Of a stretch of DNA of 64,000 nt, positions 8,504-17,656 are shown one piece after another. The position numbers were made by a program, and so were the translations under genes. The notes under the pieces are model-generated. The model saw nothing but the letters and a program-made list of their open reading frames with translations, did not search any database and was not told the origin of the DNA. This DNA is from an uncultured delta proteobacterium. Its GTDB lineage: Bacteria > Desulfobacterota > Syntrophia > Syntrophales > UBA2192. The stretch lies in the NCBI GenBank assembly GCA_963802225.1, contig CAWDHZ010000036.1, positions 79,343-143,342 on the forward strand. Reading direction: 5' to 3'. Numbering within the stretch: the first letter of the stretch is position 1; every line of letters begins with the position of its first letter.

Positions 8504-9558
8504 CGTGCAAAGAGATTGAAGACCTCCTTCCCGGCATGATCGACGGCGCACTGCCCGAGACGGAGAAAAAGCGCATCGAGGCGCACCTGGAGACGTGCGC
8601 GTCCTGCCGCAAAACGTTTGCGGACTTGAGAATATCCGATGAGCGGGTAAAGAGCCTCGAGGAAGTGGAGCCGCCTCCCTGGCTGAAGACAAGGGTCATG
8701 GCCCGAGTGCGGGCAGAGGCGGAACAGAAAGAAGGGTTCTTGAGGAAATTCTTCTATCCGCTTCACATCAAGGTACCCATCCAGGCCCTTGCCACGGTTC
8801 TCATTGCCGTTGTCGCATGGAATGTCTACAAGACGGGGGAGCCCGAGTTCAGGCAGATGGCCCCGCCTCTGACGACAGTGCGGGAAGTCCCGCAGGTCCA
8901 GGCCCCGCCCGTGCCGGCTGCAGGGAAAGAGAAAAGGGATGAAAGCCATGCAGCCCGGGAGAAGAAGGCCTACGCACCGCCCCCCGCGCCCGCGCAAGAA
9001 CCGGTGCCGCAGCGAGCTGCAACTGTTCGTGAAGAAACAACGGCCGATGCCGAAAAACCGGTTGAGCGGTTGAAGGCTGCGAAGCGTGCGGCGGAGCCTC
9101 CGAAAGACGAGGACGCCTGGAAAGGCACGGGCGCGGCGAGATCGGAGGAGGCGGACCGGGTCCTGGAGGCCCGGGCCCTGGACCAGAAACAGAAGGCCCT
9201 GAAAGCCCCGGTCGGTGCCGTGGCAAAGGAGGCGGGAAAACAGGAAGCCCCGCCTGCCGCAGGGCCCATGCTATCTGCGGCAGTGCCGCCTCGGCCCGAT
9301 CTGGAAATAACTCTCCGTGCCCGCGATCCAGCGTCGGCTGCAGCGGAGGCGGAAACCCTCTTGAGTCAGCTCAACGCAAAGACCATGGACAGGCAGACCC
9401 GCGAAGGACGGGTGATCCTCACGGCGAGGATCAAGACGGAGCGCCTCGAGGCCCTTCGCGAAAGCCTCAAGTCCCTCGGTCCTGTGCAGGAGAGCGTCCA
9501 TGTTGCCCCGCGCCCTGGGGGTTCTCTGACGATCAGGATAGAAATCCGGCCCGATTAG
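8500..9558 (+). CDS. anti-sigma factor (zf-HC2), single transmembrane helix, Pro/Ala-rich extracytoplasmic region
   Basis: ATGA start/stop overlap with the sigma gene. Has the H..-C..C motif (HLETCASCRK) and a TM helix (PIQALATVLIAVVAWNVY). Confidence 0.75.
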   Translation: MTCKEIEDLLPGMIDGALPETEKKRIEAHLETCASCRKTFADLRISDERVKSLEEVEPPPWLKTRVMARVRAEAEQKEGFLRKFFYPLHIKVPIQALATVLIAVVAWNVYKTGEPEFRQMAPPLTTVREVPQVQAPPVPAAGKEKRDESHAAREKKAYAPPPAPAQEPVPQRAATVREETTADAEKPVERLKAAKRAAEPPKDEDAWKGTGAARSEEADRVLEARALDQKQKALKAPVGAVAKEAGKQEAPPAAGPMLSAAVPPRPDLEITLRARDPASAAAEAETLLSQLNAKTMDRQTREGRVILTARIKTERLEALRESLKSLGPVQESVHVAPRPGGSLTIRIEIRPD

Positions 9559-9684
9559 TCATGCTCCCGACATTTATTCCCCCGTTTCCATGTTCGCACC
9601 GAAACGTCGTAACCATCCCGCCTACGGCGTGAAACGAATCTTCCGCCGATCAGAAATGCAGTTGAAGCTCCCCGTCAACAGGGC

Positions 9685-9783
9685 GGGGCTTCCCGGTAAT
9701 GATGGTTCGACAGGCTCACCATGACAAAACACGAGACGTATTCAGTCTTTCGAAGGGGTGCCTGTCCTGAGCTTGTCGAAGGA
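9685..9783 (+). repeat. dispersed intergenic repeat, copy A (GGGGCTTCCCGGTAAnGATGGTTCGACAGGCTCACCATGAC ... CCTGTCCTGAGnTnnTCGAAGGA)
   Basis: The 41-nt block 9685..9725 is near-identical to the reverse complement of 20061..20101. The second block 9761..9783 matches the reverse complement of 20016..20038. Confidence 0.8.
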
Positions 9784-10118
9784 CGCGCCCCGGTCACGTG
9801 GTCTGGAATTTGCAAGAAGCTACAAGGGTAAAATTGTATCTTTTTCTTCTTCACAGAAAGAGTTGAAGGATCGGGAGTACATTACTCCTTTTGATAACCT
9901 GCCGTTGAATAGGGGCCGCAACAGGCCGGTGGTCAGTCGTCACTCCATCACCAGCCTGGCGGGCTATTCTGCGGACGTGGCGACACTTTCTGCATCTTCC
10001 TGTCTCTGTGCGCAAACCGGGGAAACATTCTGTTGGAAGGTCGCATCGGCGGGGTGGCCCGCTAACGGGAGTCAGAGGGCGTAATCCGGTCCGAGGGGTT
10101 CGTCTGCACGAAAGCAGC

Positions 10119-10147
10119 CCTGCGGGCCGGGAAGACCCGGCCGCAGG
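10119..10147 (+). other. strong GC hairpin in the long leader upstream of the sCache/MCP genes
   Basis: CCTGCGGGCCGGG-AAGA-CCCGGCCGCAGG, followed by the 14-bp palindrome CACTCACGTGAGTG (10155..10168). Confidence 0.5.
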
Positions 10148-10262
10148 CGTCAGTCACTCACGTGAGTGGCGATGCAAGCAGGGTTGCCGGGATGCGGAGG
10201 GTGTCGAAGGGAATCAAGGAACGAAACCGAATCGCATGACAGAGAACAGGAGGTATGAAAAG

Positions 10263-10712
10263 ATGAAGAAAGTATGGATCGGGCTGTTGATCGTCGCGTT
10301 GACCGCAGGCTTTGCATTTGCCCAGGCGAAGGGGACGACCAAGGATGCGCAGGCGATGTTGGCCAAGGCCGTGGAATTTTACAAGGCCAACGGCCAGGCC
10401 AAGGCCTTCGCAGCATTTGACGACACCAAGGGCAAGTTCGTGGATCGAGACATATACATCTATGTGTCGGACCTGAACGCCAAGATCCTCGCACACGGGG
10501 CCAATGCCGCGCTCATCGGGAAGAATCTCATCGAGCTCAAGGACTCGGACGGCAAGCAGTTCATGAAGGAACTGGTCGACAAGGCAAAGAGCTCGAGCAG
10601 CGGATCAGTCGATTACAAGTGGACAAACCCCACGAGCAAGAAGGTGGAGGCCAAGACAGTTTTCTTCCAGAAGGTCGGCGATGTCGTGCTTGTCTGCGGC
10701 GCCTATAAGTAA
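10263..10712 (+). CDS. periplasmic single-Cache (sCache_2-like) domain protein
   Basis: Signal peptide MKKVWIGLLIVALTAGFAFA and a Cache-like pattern (FDD.KGKFVDRDIYIYV.D.N...LAHG....IGKN....D..GK.F......Y.W..P). Upstream AGGAGG. Confidence 0.7.
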   Translation: MKKVWIGLLIVALTAGFAFAQAKGTTKDAQAMLAKAVEFYKANGQAKAFAAFDDTKGKFVDRDIYIYVSDLNAKILAHGANAALIGKNLIELKDSDGKQFMKELVDKAKSSSSGSVDYKWTNPTSKKVEAKTVFFQKVGDVVLVCGAYK

Positions 10713-10781
10713 TCAACGGGACAGCAGGGCCGGACGGGGACACTCCCCGTCCGGTTTCCGCATCAAAAAGGGGACGGGAAC

Positions 10782-12386
10782 ATGAACAAGATCCTTCGCA
10801 ACCTGAAGCTGGCAAAAAAACTCCTGATCGGTCCCGTAGCGGTTTCCCTGTTCCTTCTGCTCCTGGCCGGCGGCACCTACCATGGCATGACCACCCAGAA
10901 GGCGGCCATGGACGACCTCTACAACAACCGCTTCCAGGGATATCAGAACAGCTCCGAAGTCAACCGCACGATCGCAAACGTCCATGCCAATCTCTACAAG
11001 GTGGTGAGCTGGGCCGGCGCGAATTACGAGGCCGCCAAGGTGGAAGCCCTGGGAAAAGAGCAGAAAGTCTCCATCGAGAAGAGCATTGCCTTCGTGCAGA
11101 ATCTTCAGAAGAGCGCTCAGATCACCCCGGAGGAAAAGAAGCTCTACGAAGCCACACTGGCGCAGCTCAAGGCGTATCAGGAGCCGGCTATGGGACTGCT
11201 CGACATCGCCGCTGCGGATGTGAACGGGGCCGCCCTTTTCATGACGGTGACCGACGAAAAGTACCAGGCGCTCAGCAAGACCCTGTCGGACCTCATGGCC
11301 CTGGAGAACCGGCTGAGCAAGGATAATTACGAGAGCTCCATCAAGAATTCCAACCAGCTGATGAGCGTCTTTGCCGTGGTGCTCGTCGTGGTGATCATCT
11401 CGGCCATCGCCATCAACCTGATCATGGCCCGGCTGATCACGAGGCCGGTTAAGGAATCGGTGGAGGTCATCAAGAAGGTTGCCGAGGGGGATCTGACCCA
11501 GGACATCCTGGTACTTTCGAAGGATGAGATCGGGGAGCTGGCCGAATCGGTCAACGCCATGCGCAAGAAGATGGGGCAAGCGGTAGGGCAGTCCATGGCC
11601 ATCTCCAGTGTGCTCTCGGATTCGTCGTCGCAGCAGGCGGCCTCCATCGAGGAGACTTCGGCATCCCTGGACGAGATGGCCTCCATGACGAAGCAGAATG
11701 CGGAAAATACCACGGCCGCGAACCACCTCATGATATCGGTTCGGGAGGCCATCGAAAAGGCCAACAACGCCATGACGGAGCTGACGCGATCCATGACGGA
11801 TATCGCCAGGGCGAGCGAGCAGACCCAGAAAATCGTCAAAAATATCGATGAGGTGGCCTTCCAGACGAATCTGCTGGCGCTCAATGCAGCCGTCGAAGCG
11901 GCGCGGGCCGGCGAGGCCGGTGCGGGTTTTGCCGTGGTGGCCGACGAGGTGCGGAATCTGGCGCTGAGGGCTACGGATTCGGCCAAAGACACTGCAAGCC
12001 TCATTCAGGACATCGTCAACAAAGTCCGCGGCGGGGAGAAACTGGTCACGGTGACCAACGACGCCTTCGGCAGCGTGATCGGCAGCTCCAGGAAGGTGCA
12101 GGAACTGATGGAGGAAATTGCCGCGGCCTCCCGGGAGCAGTCCGACGGGATCCACCAGATCAACAGTGCCGTTGCGGACATGAATCAAGTGACGCAGCAA
12201 AACGCGGCCAATGCGGAGGAACTGTCTTCGGTCATGTCGATGTTCCGGGTTGAGGATGTACAAAAGGCATCCGCGAGCGGCCCCCGGAAGCGGGGCAGGG
12301 GAAGCGAACAAGCGTCAAAGCCGGTTGATTTCACGAGCCGGAATCCCGAAACCGTCATCCCCATGCAGGAGTCCGGGAAGTTCTGA
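10782..12386 (+). CDS. methyl-accepting chemotaxis protein (4-helix-bundle sensor, HAMP, MA domain)
   Basis: Two TM segments, a HAMP domain, and the highly conserved signalling hairpin ([40 protein letters not shown]). Confidence 0.9.
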   Translation: MNKILRNLKLAKKLLIGPVAVSLFLLLLAGGTYHGMTTQKAAMDDLYNNRFQGYQNSSEVNRTIANVHANLYKVVSWAGANYEAAKVEALGKEQKVSIEKSIAFVQNLQKSAQITPEEKKLYEATLAQLKAYQEPAMGLLDIAAADVNGAALFMTVTDEKYQALSKTLSDLMALENRLSKDNYESSIKNSNQLMSVFAVVLVVVIISAIAINLIMARLITRPVKESVEVIKKVAEGDLTQDILVLSKDEIGELAESVNAMRKKMGQAVGQSMAISSVLSDSSSQQAASIEETSASLDEMASMTKQNAENTTAANHLMISVREAIEKANNAMTELTRSMTDIARASEQTQKIVKNIDEVAFQTNLLALNAAVEAARAGEAGAGFAVVADEVRNLALRATDSAKDTASLIQDIVNKVRGGEKLVTVTNDAFGSVIGSSRKVQELMEEIAAASREQSDGIHQINSAVADMNQVTQQNAANAEELSSVMSMFRVEDVQKASASGPRKRGRGSEQASKPVDFTSRNPETVIPMQESGKF

Positions 12387-12446
12387 GAAAGCAAGTTCGC
12401 TGCGTGCGGCTTGCTTCCCTTGGACACCCGATGGACGTTTCAAAAT

Positions 12447-12477
12447 AAAAAGGCAGGGCGAAAACCCTGCCTTTTTG
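12447..12477. terminator. bidirectional rho-independent terminator between convergent genes
   Basis: AAAA-AGGCAGGG-cgaaaa-CCCTGCCT-TTTT. Confidence 0.8.
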
Positions 12478-12497
12478 TTGATGTGTCGTCGTGGGGT

Positions 12498-13346
12498 CTA
12501 GGTCGACCCGGCTTTGAACGTGTCGCACTGATTCAGATCGCCCGTCTCGAAGCCTTTCTTGAACCAGCGCACCCTCTGCTCCGATGTGCCGTGGGTGAAG
12601 GCATCGGGGACAACCGTGCCGCGGGTCTGCTTCATGATCCGGTCATCGCCGATGGCGCTGGCGGCACGCAAGGCCTCCTCCAGGTCACCCGCCTCCAGCA
12701 TCTTGCGGGATTTATCCGCATGAAATCCCCAGACACCCGCCAGGCAGTCGGCCTGAAGTTCCATCCTCACGGAGAGGCGATTGGCCTCGGCCTTGCTTGC
12801 GCGCTGCATGGCCCCCTGGACCTTTCCGGTGATCCCCAGCAGGTTCTGCACGTGATGCCCCACCTCGTGGGCGATCACGTAGGCCTGGGCGAAATCGCCG
12901 GGTGCCTTGAAGCGGGTTTTCAGGTCCTCGTAAAAAGCCAGGTCGATGTAGACCTTGTGATCCTCGGGGCAGTAGAATGGCCCCATGGCCGCCTGGGCAA
13001 AACCGCAGGCGGACTGAACGGCCCCGGTGAAAAGGACGAGCTTCGGCTCTTCATAGGTTTTCCCGTAACTGCGAAATACGCCGTGCCACGTCTTTTCCGT
13101 GTCGGCCAGGACAACCGAAACGAATTGGCTCATGGGGTCTGCCCCGGGCTTCTGCTGCTGTTGCGTCACAGGGGGCGGCCCGCTCTCGGGAACGGATTGC
13201 AGGATCACCGAGGGGTCGATGCCGAAATAGAGCGCCACGAGCACCAGGATCACCGTACCAATCCCGCCGCCCATCATGCCTCGTGAGACGGGCATCCCTC
13301 GCCGGTCTTCCACATTGTCGCTTTTCTGTTCATCTTCCCAGCGCAT
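12498..13346 (-). CDS. YpfJ-family neutral zinc metallopeptidase
   Basis: N-terminal TM segment after MRWEDEQKSDNVEDRRG; HEVGHH zinc motif; about 280 aa, typical of the family. Confidence 0.8.
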   Translation of the reverse strand: MRWEDEQKSDNVEDRRGMPVSRGMMGGGIGTVILVLVALYFGIDPSVILQSVPESGPPPVTQQQQKPGADPMSQFVSVVLADTEKTWHGVFRSYGKTYEEPKLVLFTGAVQSACGFAQAAMGPFYCPEDHKVYIDLAFYEDLKTRFKAPGDFAQAYVIAHEVGHHVQNLLGITGKVQGAMQRASKAEANRLSVRMELQADCLAGVWGFHADKSRKMLEAGDLEEALRAASAIGDDRIMKQTRGTVVPDAFTHGTSEQRVRWFKKGFETGDLNQCDTFKAGST

Positions 13347-13376
13347 AGAGGCCCTCCTTTTCCTGCGTTGCCCGCA

Positions 13377-15281
13377 TCATTTATTCGATAACGGGGATGC
13401 TTGAGCGGATGCCGTCGATTCCATCTCCCTCTTCTTTAAGGTGACCAGTATCGCCGCCAGGGCCGCCTGGGTCATCCCGGGGATACGCTGGGCCTGGCCG
13501 AAACTGGCTGGCCGGATCGCGTTGAGCTTGCCTTGTAGCTCATTGGAGAGGCCGGGGATCCCGGAATAGTCGATGTCGGAGGAGATCTTTTTCCGCTCCA
13601 TCTCGCGGAACTTCCCGACGGTCTCGTTCTGGCGCCGGATGTACTCCTCATAGCGGGCCTCGATCTCGATCTGCTTCTTCACGGCCTTCCCGACGGTCGG
13701 CAACTCCGCATCGAAGATCCTGAGATCATCATATTTCATATCGGGCCGCTTGAGAAGATCATAAAGAGTCAGGGGCTTGCGGATCGGCTGCGAACCCCGG
13801 TCCGCCAGGACTGCATTGGTCTGGCTCGAGGGGTAGATCCTCTTCGAGGACAGATGCCGGATCCCCTCTTGGATCTGCCGGACCCGGTCCTGCAGCTCCC
13901 TGTAATGTTCGTCCGGCACGAGCCCCATCTCGTGGCCCTTGCCCATGAGACGGATCGTGGCGTTGTCCTCCCGGAGCAAGAGGCGGTATTCCGCGCGGGA
14001 GGTGAACATCCGGTAGGGCTCGTCGACGCCTCGTGTAACCAGGTCGTCGACCATGACGGCCATATAGGCCTCGGATCGCTCCAGAACGAAGGGGGGACGC
14101 CCTTGGACCTGAAGGGCGGCGTTGATCCCCGCCCAGAGTCCCTGGGCGGCGGCCTCTTCGTAGCCGGAGGTGCCGTTGATCTGTCCGGCGAGGAAAAGCC
14201 CCCCAACGCGTTTCGTTTCCAGGGTCTGCTTGAGTTCCGTCGGCTGGACGTAATCGTACTCGATGGCGTAGGCCGGTCGCATGATCTCGGCCTTCTCCAG
14301 CCCGGGGACGCTGTGAACGATCTGTTCCTGCAACTCGAGAGGGAGGCAGTTGCCGAGCCCCTTGGCGTAGACCTCTTCCGTGTCAAGCCCCTCGAACTCC
14401 AGCGTGACGGGGTGGCGGCCCTTGTCGGAGAAGCGCACCACCTTGTCCTCCAGTGACGGGCAGTATCGGGCGCTGATTCCCTGGATGGTCCCCGAGTACA
14501 GGGGCGAGAGGTGGATGTTTTCGCGAATCAGGCGGTGTGTCTCATTCGTCGTATGTGAAAAAAAGGAGGGCAGGCGCTCCTCCCGGAGCGTTGCAGTCGT
14601 GTAGGAGAAGGGCTCAGGGCAGGGGTCGCTGTCCTGGCGCTCGAGCCGGTCGAAATCGATGGAGGAGGCCTTGAGCCGCGGCGGGGTCCCTGTCTTCATC
14701 CGGCCCATTTCGAAGCTCAACCCGCGGAGGGATTCGGCCAGGTCGACGGAGGCGATCTCACCGGCTCGCCCGGCAGGAGTCCGGAAGGTTCCGATGTGGA
14801 TGAGCCCGTTGAGAAAGGTGCCCGTGGTGATGACAACGGACTTGCCCGGATAGAAGAAGCCCGTGCTGTCCACGACGCCAGTGACCCTGCCGCCCTCGAC
14901 GGCAATGCGGTCCACGAGGCCCTGTCGGAGCTGCAGGTTCTTCTGATGCTCCACGACGGCCTTCATGGCCAGGCGGTAGAGCTGCTTGTCGCACTGGACG
15001 CGGGAAGACTGGACGGCAGGTCCCTTCGAGGAGTTCAGGAGACGGAAGTGGACGGCCGTCCGGTCGGCGATCTTGCCCATCTCGCCGCCCAGGGCGTCGA
15101 TCTCCTTGACGAGCTGTGCTTTGGCAAGCCCCCCGATGGCAGGGTTGCACGACATGAGCGCGATGGAGTCGAGATTTATGTTGAAGAGAAGAGTTTCGCA
15201 ACCCATGCGCGCGGCGGCAAGAGCCGCCTCGCACCCGGCATGACCGCCACCCACAACGATTACGTCATAAAGCTTCGACAT
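13377..15281 (-). CDS. mnmG: tRNA uridine 5-carboxymethylaminomethyl modification enzyme MnmG (GidA)
   Basis: N-terminal FAD fold [16 protein letters not shown], 634 aa, MnmG-like throughout. Confidence 0.95.
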   Translation of the reverse strand: MSKLYDVIVVGGGHAGCEAALAAARMGCETLLFNINLDSIALMSCNPAIGGLAKAQLVKEIDALGGEMGKIADRTAVHFRLLNSSKGPAVQSSRVQCDKQLYRLAMKAVVEHQKNLQLRQGLVDRIAVEGGRVTGVVDSTGFFYPGKSVVITTGTFLNGLIHIGTFRTPAGRAGEIASVDLAESLRGLSFEMGRMKTGTPPRLKASSIDFDRLERQDSDPCPEPFSYTTATLREERLPSFFSHTTNETHRLIRENIHLSPLYSGTIQGISARYCPSLEDKVVRFSDKGRHPVTLEFEGLDTEEVYAKGLGNCLPLELQEQIVHSVPGLEKAEIMRPAYAIEYDYVQPTELKQTLETKRVGGLFLAGQINGTSGYEEAAAQGLWAGINAALQVQGRPPFVLERSEAYMAVMVDDLVTRGVDEPYRMFTSRAEYRLLLREDNATIRLMGKGHEMGLVPDEHYRELQDRVRQIQEGIRHLSSKRIYPSSQTNAVLADRGSQPIRKPLTLYDLLKRPDMKYDDLRIFDAELPTVGKAVKKQIEIEARYEEYIRRQNETVGKFREMERKKISSDIDYSGIPGLSNELQGKLNAIRPASFGQAQRIPGMTQAALAAILVTLKKREMESTASAQASPLSNK

Positions 15282-15446
15282 TCTCTACCGCCACTCACGT
15301 TCACTCGGCTGCGATCGAAACGGGAAAGGGACCAGGGTGCAGGAACGAAGCCCAGCGGGTACCACTGGTTACGGGCACGATCGCCCTTGCTTTTGCATGA
15401 ACGATTCTATAACATCGCCTCAAAAATACAACCGAATTGTCCTTCT

Positions 15447-16397
15447 ATGCGGAAGCCAGACTTCTGGAACAACCAAAAGCGCTACTACGATTTCAAGAGC
15501 TTTCTTGTCAATCGATTCGGCTGCCGGGTCCACAAGCTCCAGATCGATGCGGGGTTCACCTGCCCGAACCGCGACGGGAAGGTCGCCGCGGGCGGCTGTG
15601 CCTACTGTGACGGCCGGGGATCGAGTCTGAGGCAGAAAGGGCCGCTACCTTCGGTGGCAGAGCAGATTCGATCCGGAAAGGGCCTCTACCGAAATCTCCG
15701 GGGCGCGGCGAAGTTCATCGCCTACTTCCAGACGTTCACGAACACTTACGGCCCCGTCGAGAAGCTCAAGGCGCTCTACGACGAAGCGATCCTGCAGGAA
15801 GATGTCATCGGGCTTTCCATCGGCACGAGACCCGACTGCATAGACGAGGAGATTCTGAATCTGCTGCAGGATTACGTGAAGAGGTCGCACGTCTGGATCG
15901 AGTATGGGCTGCAATCCATCCATGACCGGACGCTGGGGCGGATGAATCGCGGTCACGATGCGGATGCCTTCATCGAGGCCGTCCGGAAGACGGCAGGCAG
16001 GGGACTCTTCATCTGCACGCACATCATCGTGGGCCTGCCCGGCGAGACACGTGAGGATGTCCTGGAGACAGCCAGGGCCGTGGCAGCTCTCCCCATCGAC
16101 GGCATCAAGATCCACTCCCTGCTCGCGCTGCGCGGGACGGAAGTAGGGCGACTCTACGATGAGGGGGCCATCACGCTTCCGGGGTTGGGCGACTACGTTG
16201 CCACCGTCTGCGATATCCTGGAGGTCCTGCCCCCGACGATGGTGATCCAGAGGCTCACGGCGGAGGGCTACCGGGACATCTACCTCGGCCCGGACTGGGC
16301 GGCGAACAAGCTACGGGTGCTCAACGCCATTGACAGGGAACTCGAAAAAAGGGATACGTGGCAGGGCGCGAAATACAAGGTAACAGGTAGCAGGTAA
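15447..16397 (+). CDS. radical SAM protein, TIGR01212-like (Elp3-related)
   Basis: FTCPNRDGKVAAGGCAYCDG cluster motif. Start taken at MRKPDFWNNQKRYYDF; the longer ORF-track start overlaps mnmG antisense. Confidence 0.8.
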   Translation: MRKPDFWNNQKRYYDFKSFLVNRFGCRVHKLQIDAGFTCPNRDGKVAAGGCAYCDGRGSSLRQKGPLPSVAEQIRSGKGLYRNLRGAAKFIAYFQTFTNTYGPVEKLKALYDEAILQEDVIGLSIGTRPDCIDEEILNLLQDYVKRSHVWIEYGLQSIHDRTLGRMNRGHDADAFIEAVRKTAGRGLFICTHIIVGLPGETREDVLETARAVAALPIDGIKIHSLLALRGTEVGRLYDEGAITLPGLGDYVATVCDILEVLPPTMVIQRLTAEGYRDIYLGPDWAANKLRVLNAIDRELEKRDTWQGAKYKVTGSR

Positions 16398-16441
16398 CAG
16401 GGACTAGCAGGCTACAGGCTACAGGCTACAGGCTACAGGCT
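16381..16441 (+). repeat. heptamer tandem array (TAnCAGG x3, then CTACAGG x4) beginning inside the last codons of the upstream CDS
   Basis: taacagg tagcagg taacagg gactagcagg ctacagg ctacagg ctacagg ctacagg; the stop codon TAA 16395..16397 lies within the array. Confidence 0.9.
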
Positions 16442-16493
16442 TGAATCCCTATTGACTTCTTTTCATAACACATAACACGCATCCGGAGTCTGC

Positions 16494-17555
16494 ATGATCA
16501 ATTTTCGGGACAATGTAAAGAATATGGAAGGCTATGTGCCGGGGGAGCAGCCCCCGCCGGGCTCGAGGGTCATCAAGCTCAACACCAACGAGAACCCCTA
16601 TCCGCCCTCGCCGGAGGTCATGAAGGTCCTGAAGGGATTCGAAGGGGAGTGGCTCCGGCGCTACCCCGATCCGATGGCAACGATGGCCCGGGAGGCTGCC
16701 TCGCAGGTCTATGGTGTTCCTGCGGATTGGATCATGGCGGCAAACGGAAGCGACGAGATGCTTGCGCTCCTGGCCCGGGCTTTCCTGGAACCGGGCCGCA
16801 GGATCGCTTATCCCATGCCCACCTATTCGCTTTACATCACACTGGCCGAGATGCAGGACGCCACGACCGTGGAGGTCGCTTACGACGAAGATTATCATGT
16901 GCCCGTGGAGGGGCTGCTGGCGGCCCAGGCCGATCTCACCTTCATCTGCACGCCGAACAATCCCTCGGCGACGGTGGCTCCGGTAAAGGATCTCGAGAGG
17001 CTTGCCGCAGGTCTCAATGGGGTTCTGGTCATCGATGAGGCCTATACGGATTTTGCCGATGAGAATGCGCTCGGCCTGGTCTCCCGGTATGAGAATGTCA
17101 TCGTATTGAGGACGCTCTCAAAGGCTTACTCCCTGGCGGGGCTTCGCGTGGGCTTCGGCGTGGCGCAGCCCAAGCTGCTGGAAGGGCTCATCAAGATCAA
17201 GGACAGCTACAATGTAGACTCCGTGGCGCTGAGGCTCGCGGCTGCCGCCATGAATGACCAGGGCTGGATGAAAGCCAATGCCGAACGGATAAAAGCCGAC
17301 AGGTCAAAACTGGCCAAAGCGCTCGAGCAGATGAAATTCAAACTCTGGCCCTCGCAGGCAAACTTCATCCTGGCGCGGCCGCCCGGGGGAGATGCCCGGT
17401 ACCTGTATCATGAGCTGCGAGACAGGGGGATCCTGGTCCGCTACTGGGACCGTCCGAGGCTTGACGACAAGATCCGCATCACCGTCGGCACGGAGGAGGA
17501 GAACCAGGCACTCCTCGAAGCCCTGAAAGGTCCTCTCGTGACCAGCGGCAATTGA
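16494..17555 (+). CDS. hisC: histidinol-phosphate aminotransferase
   Basis: Class-II aminotransferase pattern, LNTNENPYPPSP, and a PLP-lysine region (LRTLSKAYSLAGLRVGF). Confidence 0.9.
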   Translation: MINFRDNVKNMEGYVPGEQPPPGSRVIKLNTNENPYPPSPEVMKVLKGFEGEWLRRYPDPMATMAREAASQVYGVPADWIMAANGSDEMLALLARAFLEPGRRIAYPMPTYSLYITLAEMQDATTVEVAYDEDYHVPVEGLLAAQADLTFICTPNNPSATVAPVKDLERLAAGLNGVLVIDEAYTDFADENALGLVSRYENVIVLRTLSKAYSLAGLRVGFGVAQPKLLEGLIKIKDSYNVDSVALRLAAAAMNDQGWMKANAERIKADRSKLAKALEQMKFKLWPSQANFILARPPGGDARYLYHELRDRGILVRYWDRPRLDDKIRITVGTEEENQALLEALKGPLVTSGN

Positions 17556-17572
17556 TTCGTGGCTGGTGAAAG

Positions 17573-17623
17573 AAAATCCCCCTCGTTCCCCCTTTTGCAA
17601 AGGGGGATGTAAGGGGGATTTTT
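17573..17623. terminator. nested hairpin / bidirectional terminator between hisC and the convergent gene
   Basis: AAAATCCCCC...TCCCCCT-tttgca-AGGGGGA...GGGGGATTTT. The 5' arm motif GAAAAT(T)CCCCCTCGTTCCCCC recurs at 22438..22461. Confidence 0.7.
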
Positions 17624-17656
17624 ATTGCCTTGAGGCTTGTTGCTGGGGCTTGCGGC

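Noticed and set aside
9758-10084. ORFs 9758..10084 (+) and 54059..54358 (-) as small proteins.
   Set aside because: They are translations of the dispersed repeat (VLSLSKD / LRQAQNK-type strings) and of structured leader sequence. They have no RBS or coding signal.
9990-10262. Assignment of the sCache/MCP leader to a known riboswitch class (c-di-GMP-I/II, cobalamin).
   Set aside because: Isolated fragments (GCAAACC, GGGAAT..GG) resemble pieces of the consensus sequences. I could not place the required paired elements or conserved boxes (e.g. ACGCAAAGC, GCCACTG). It is kept only as an unclassified candidate.
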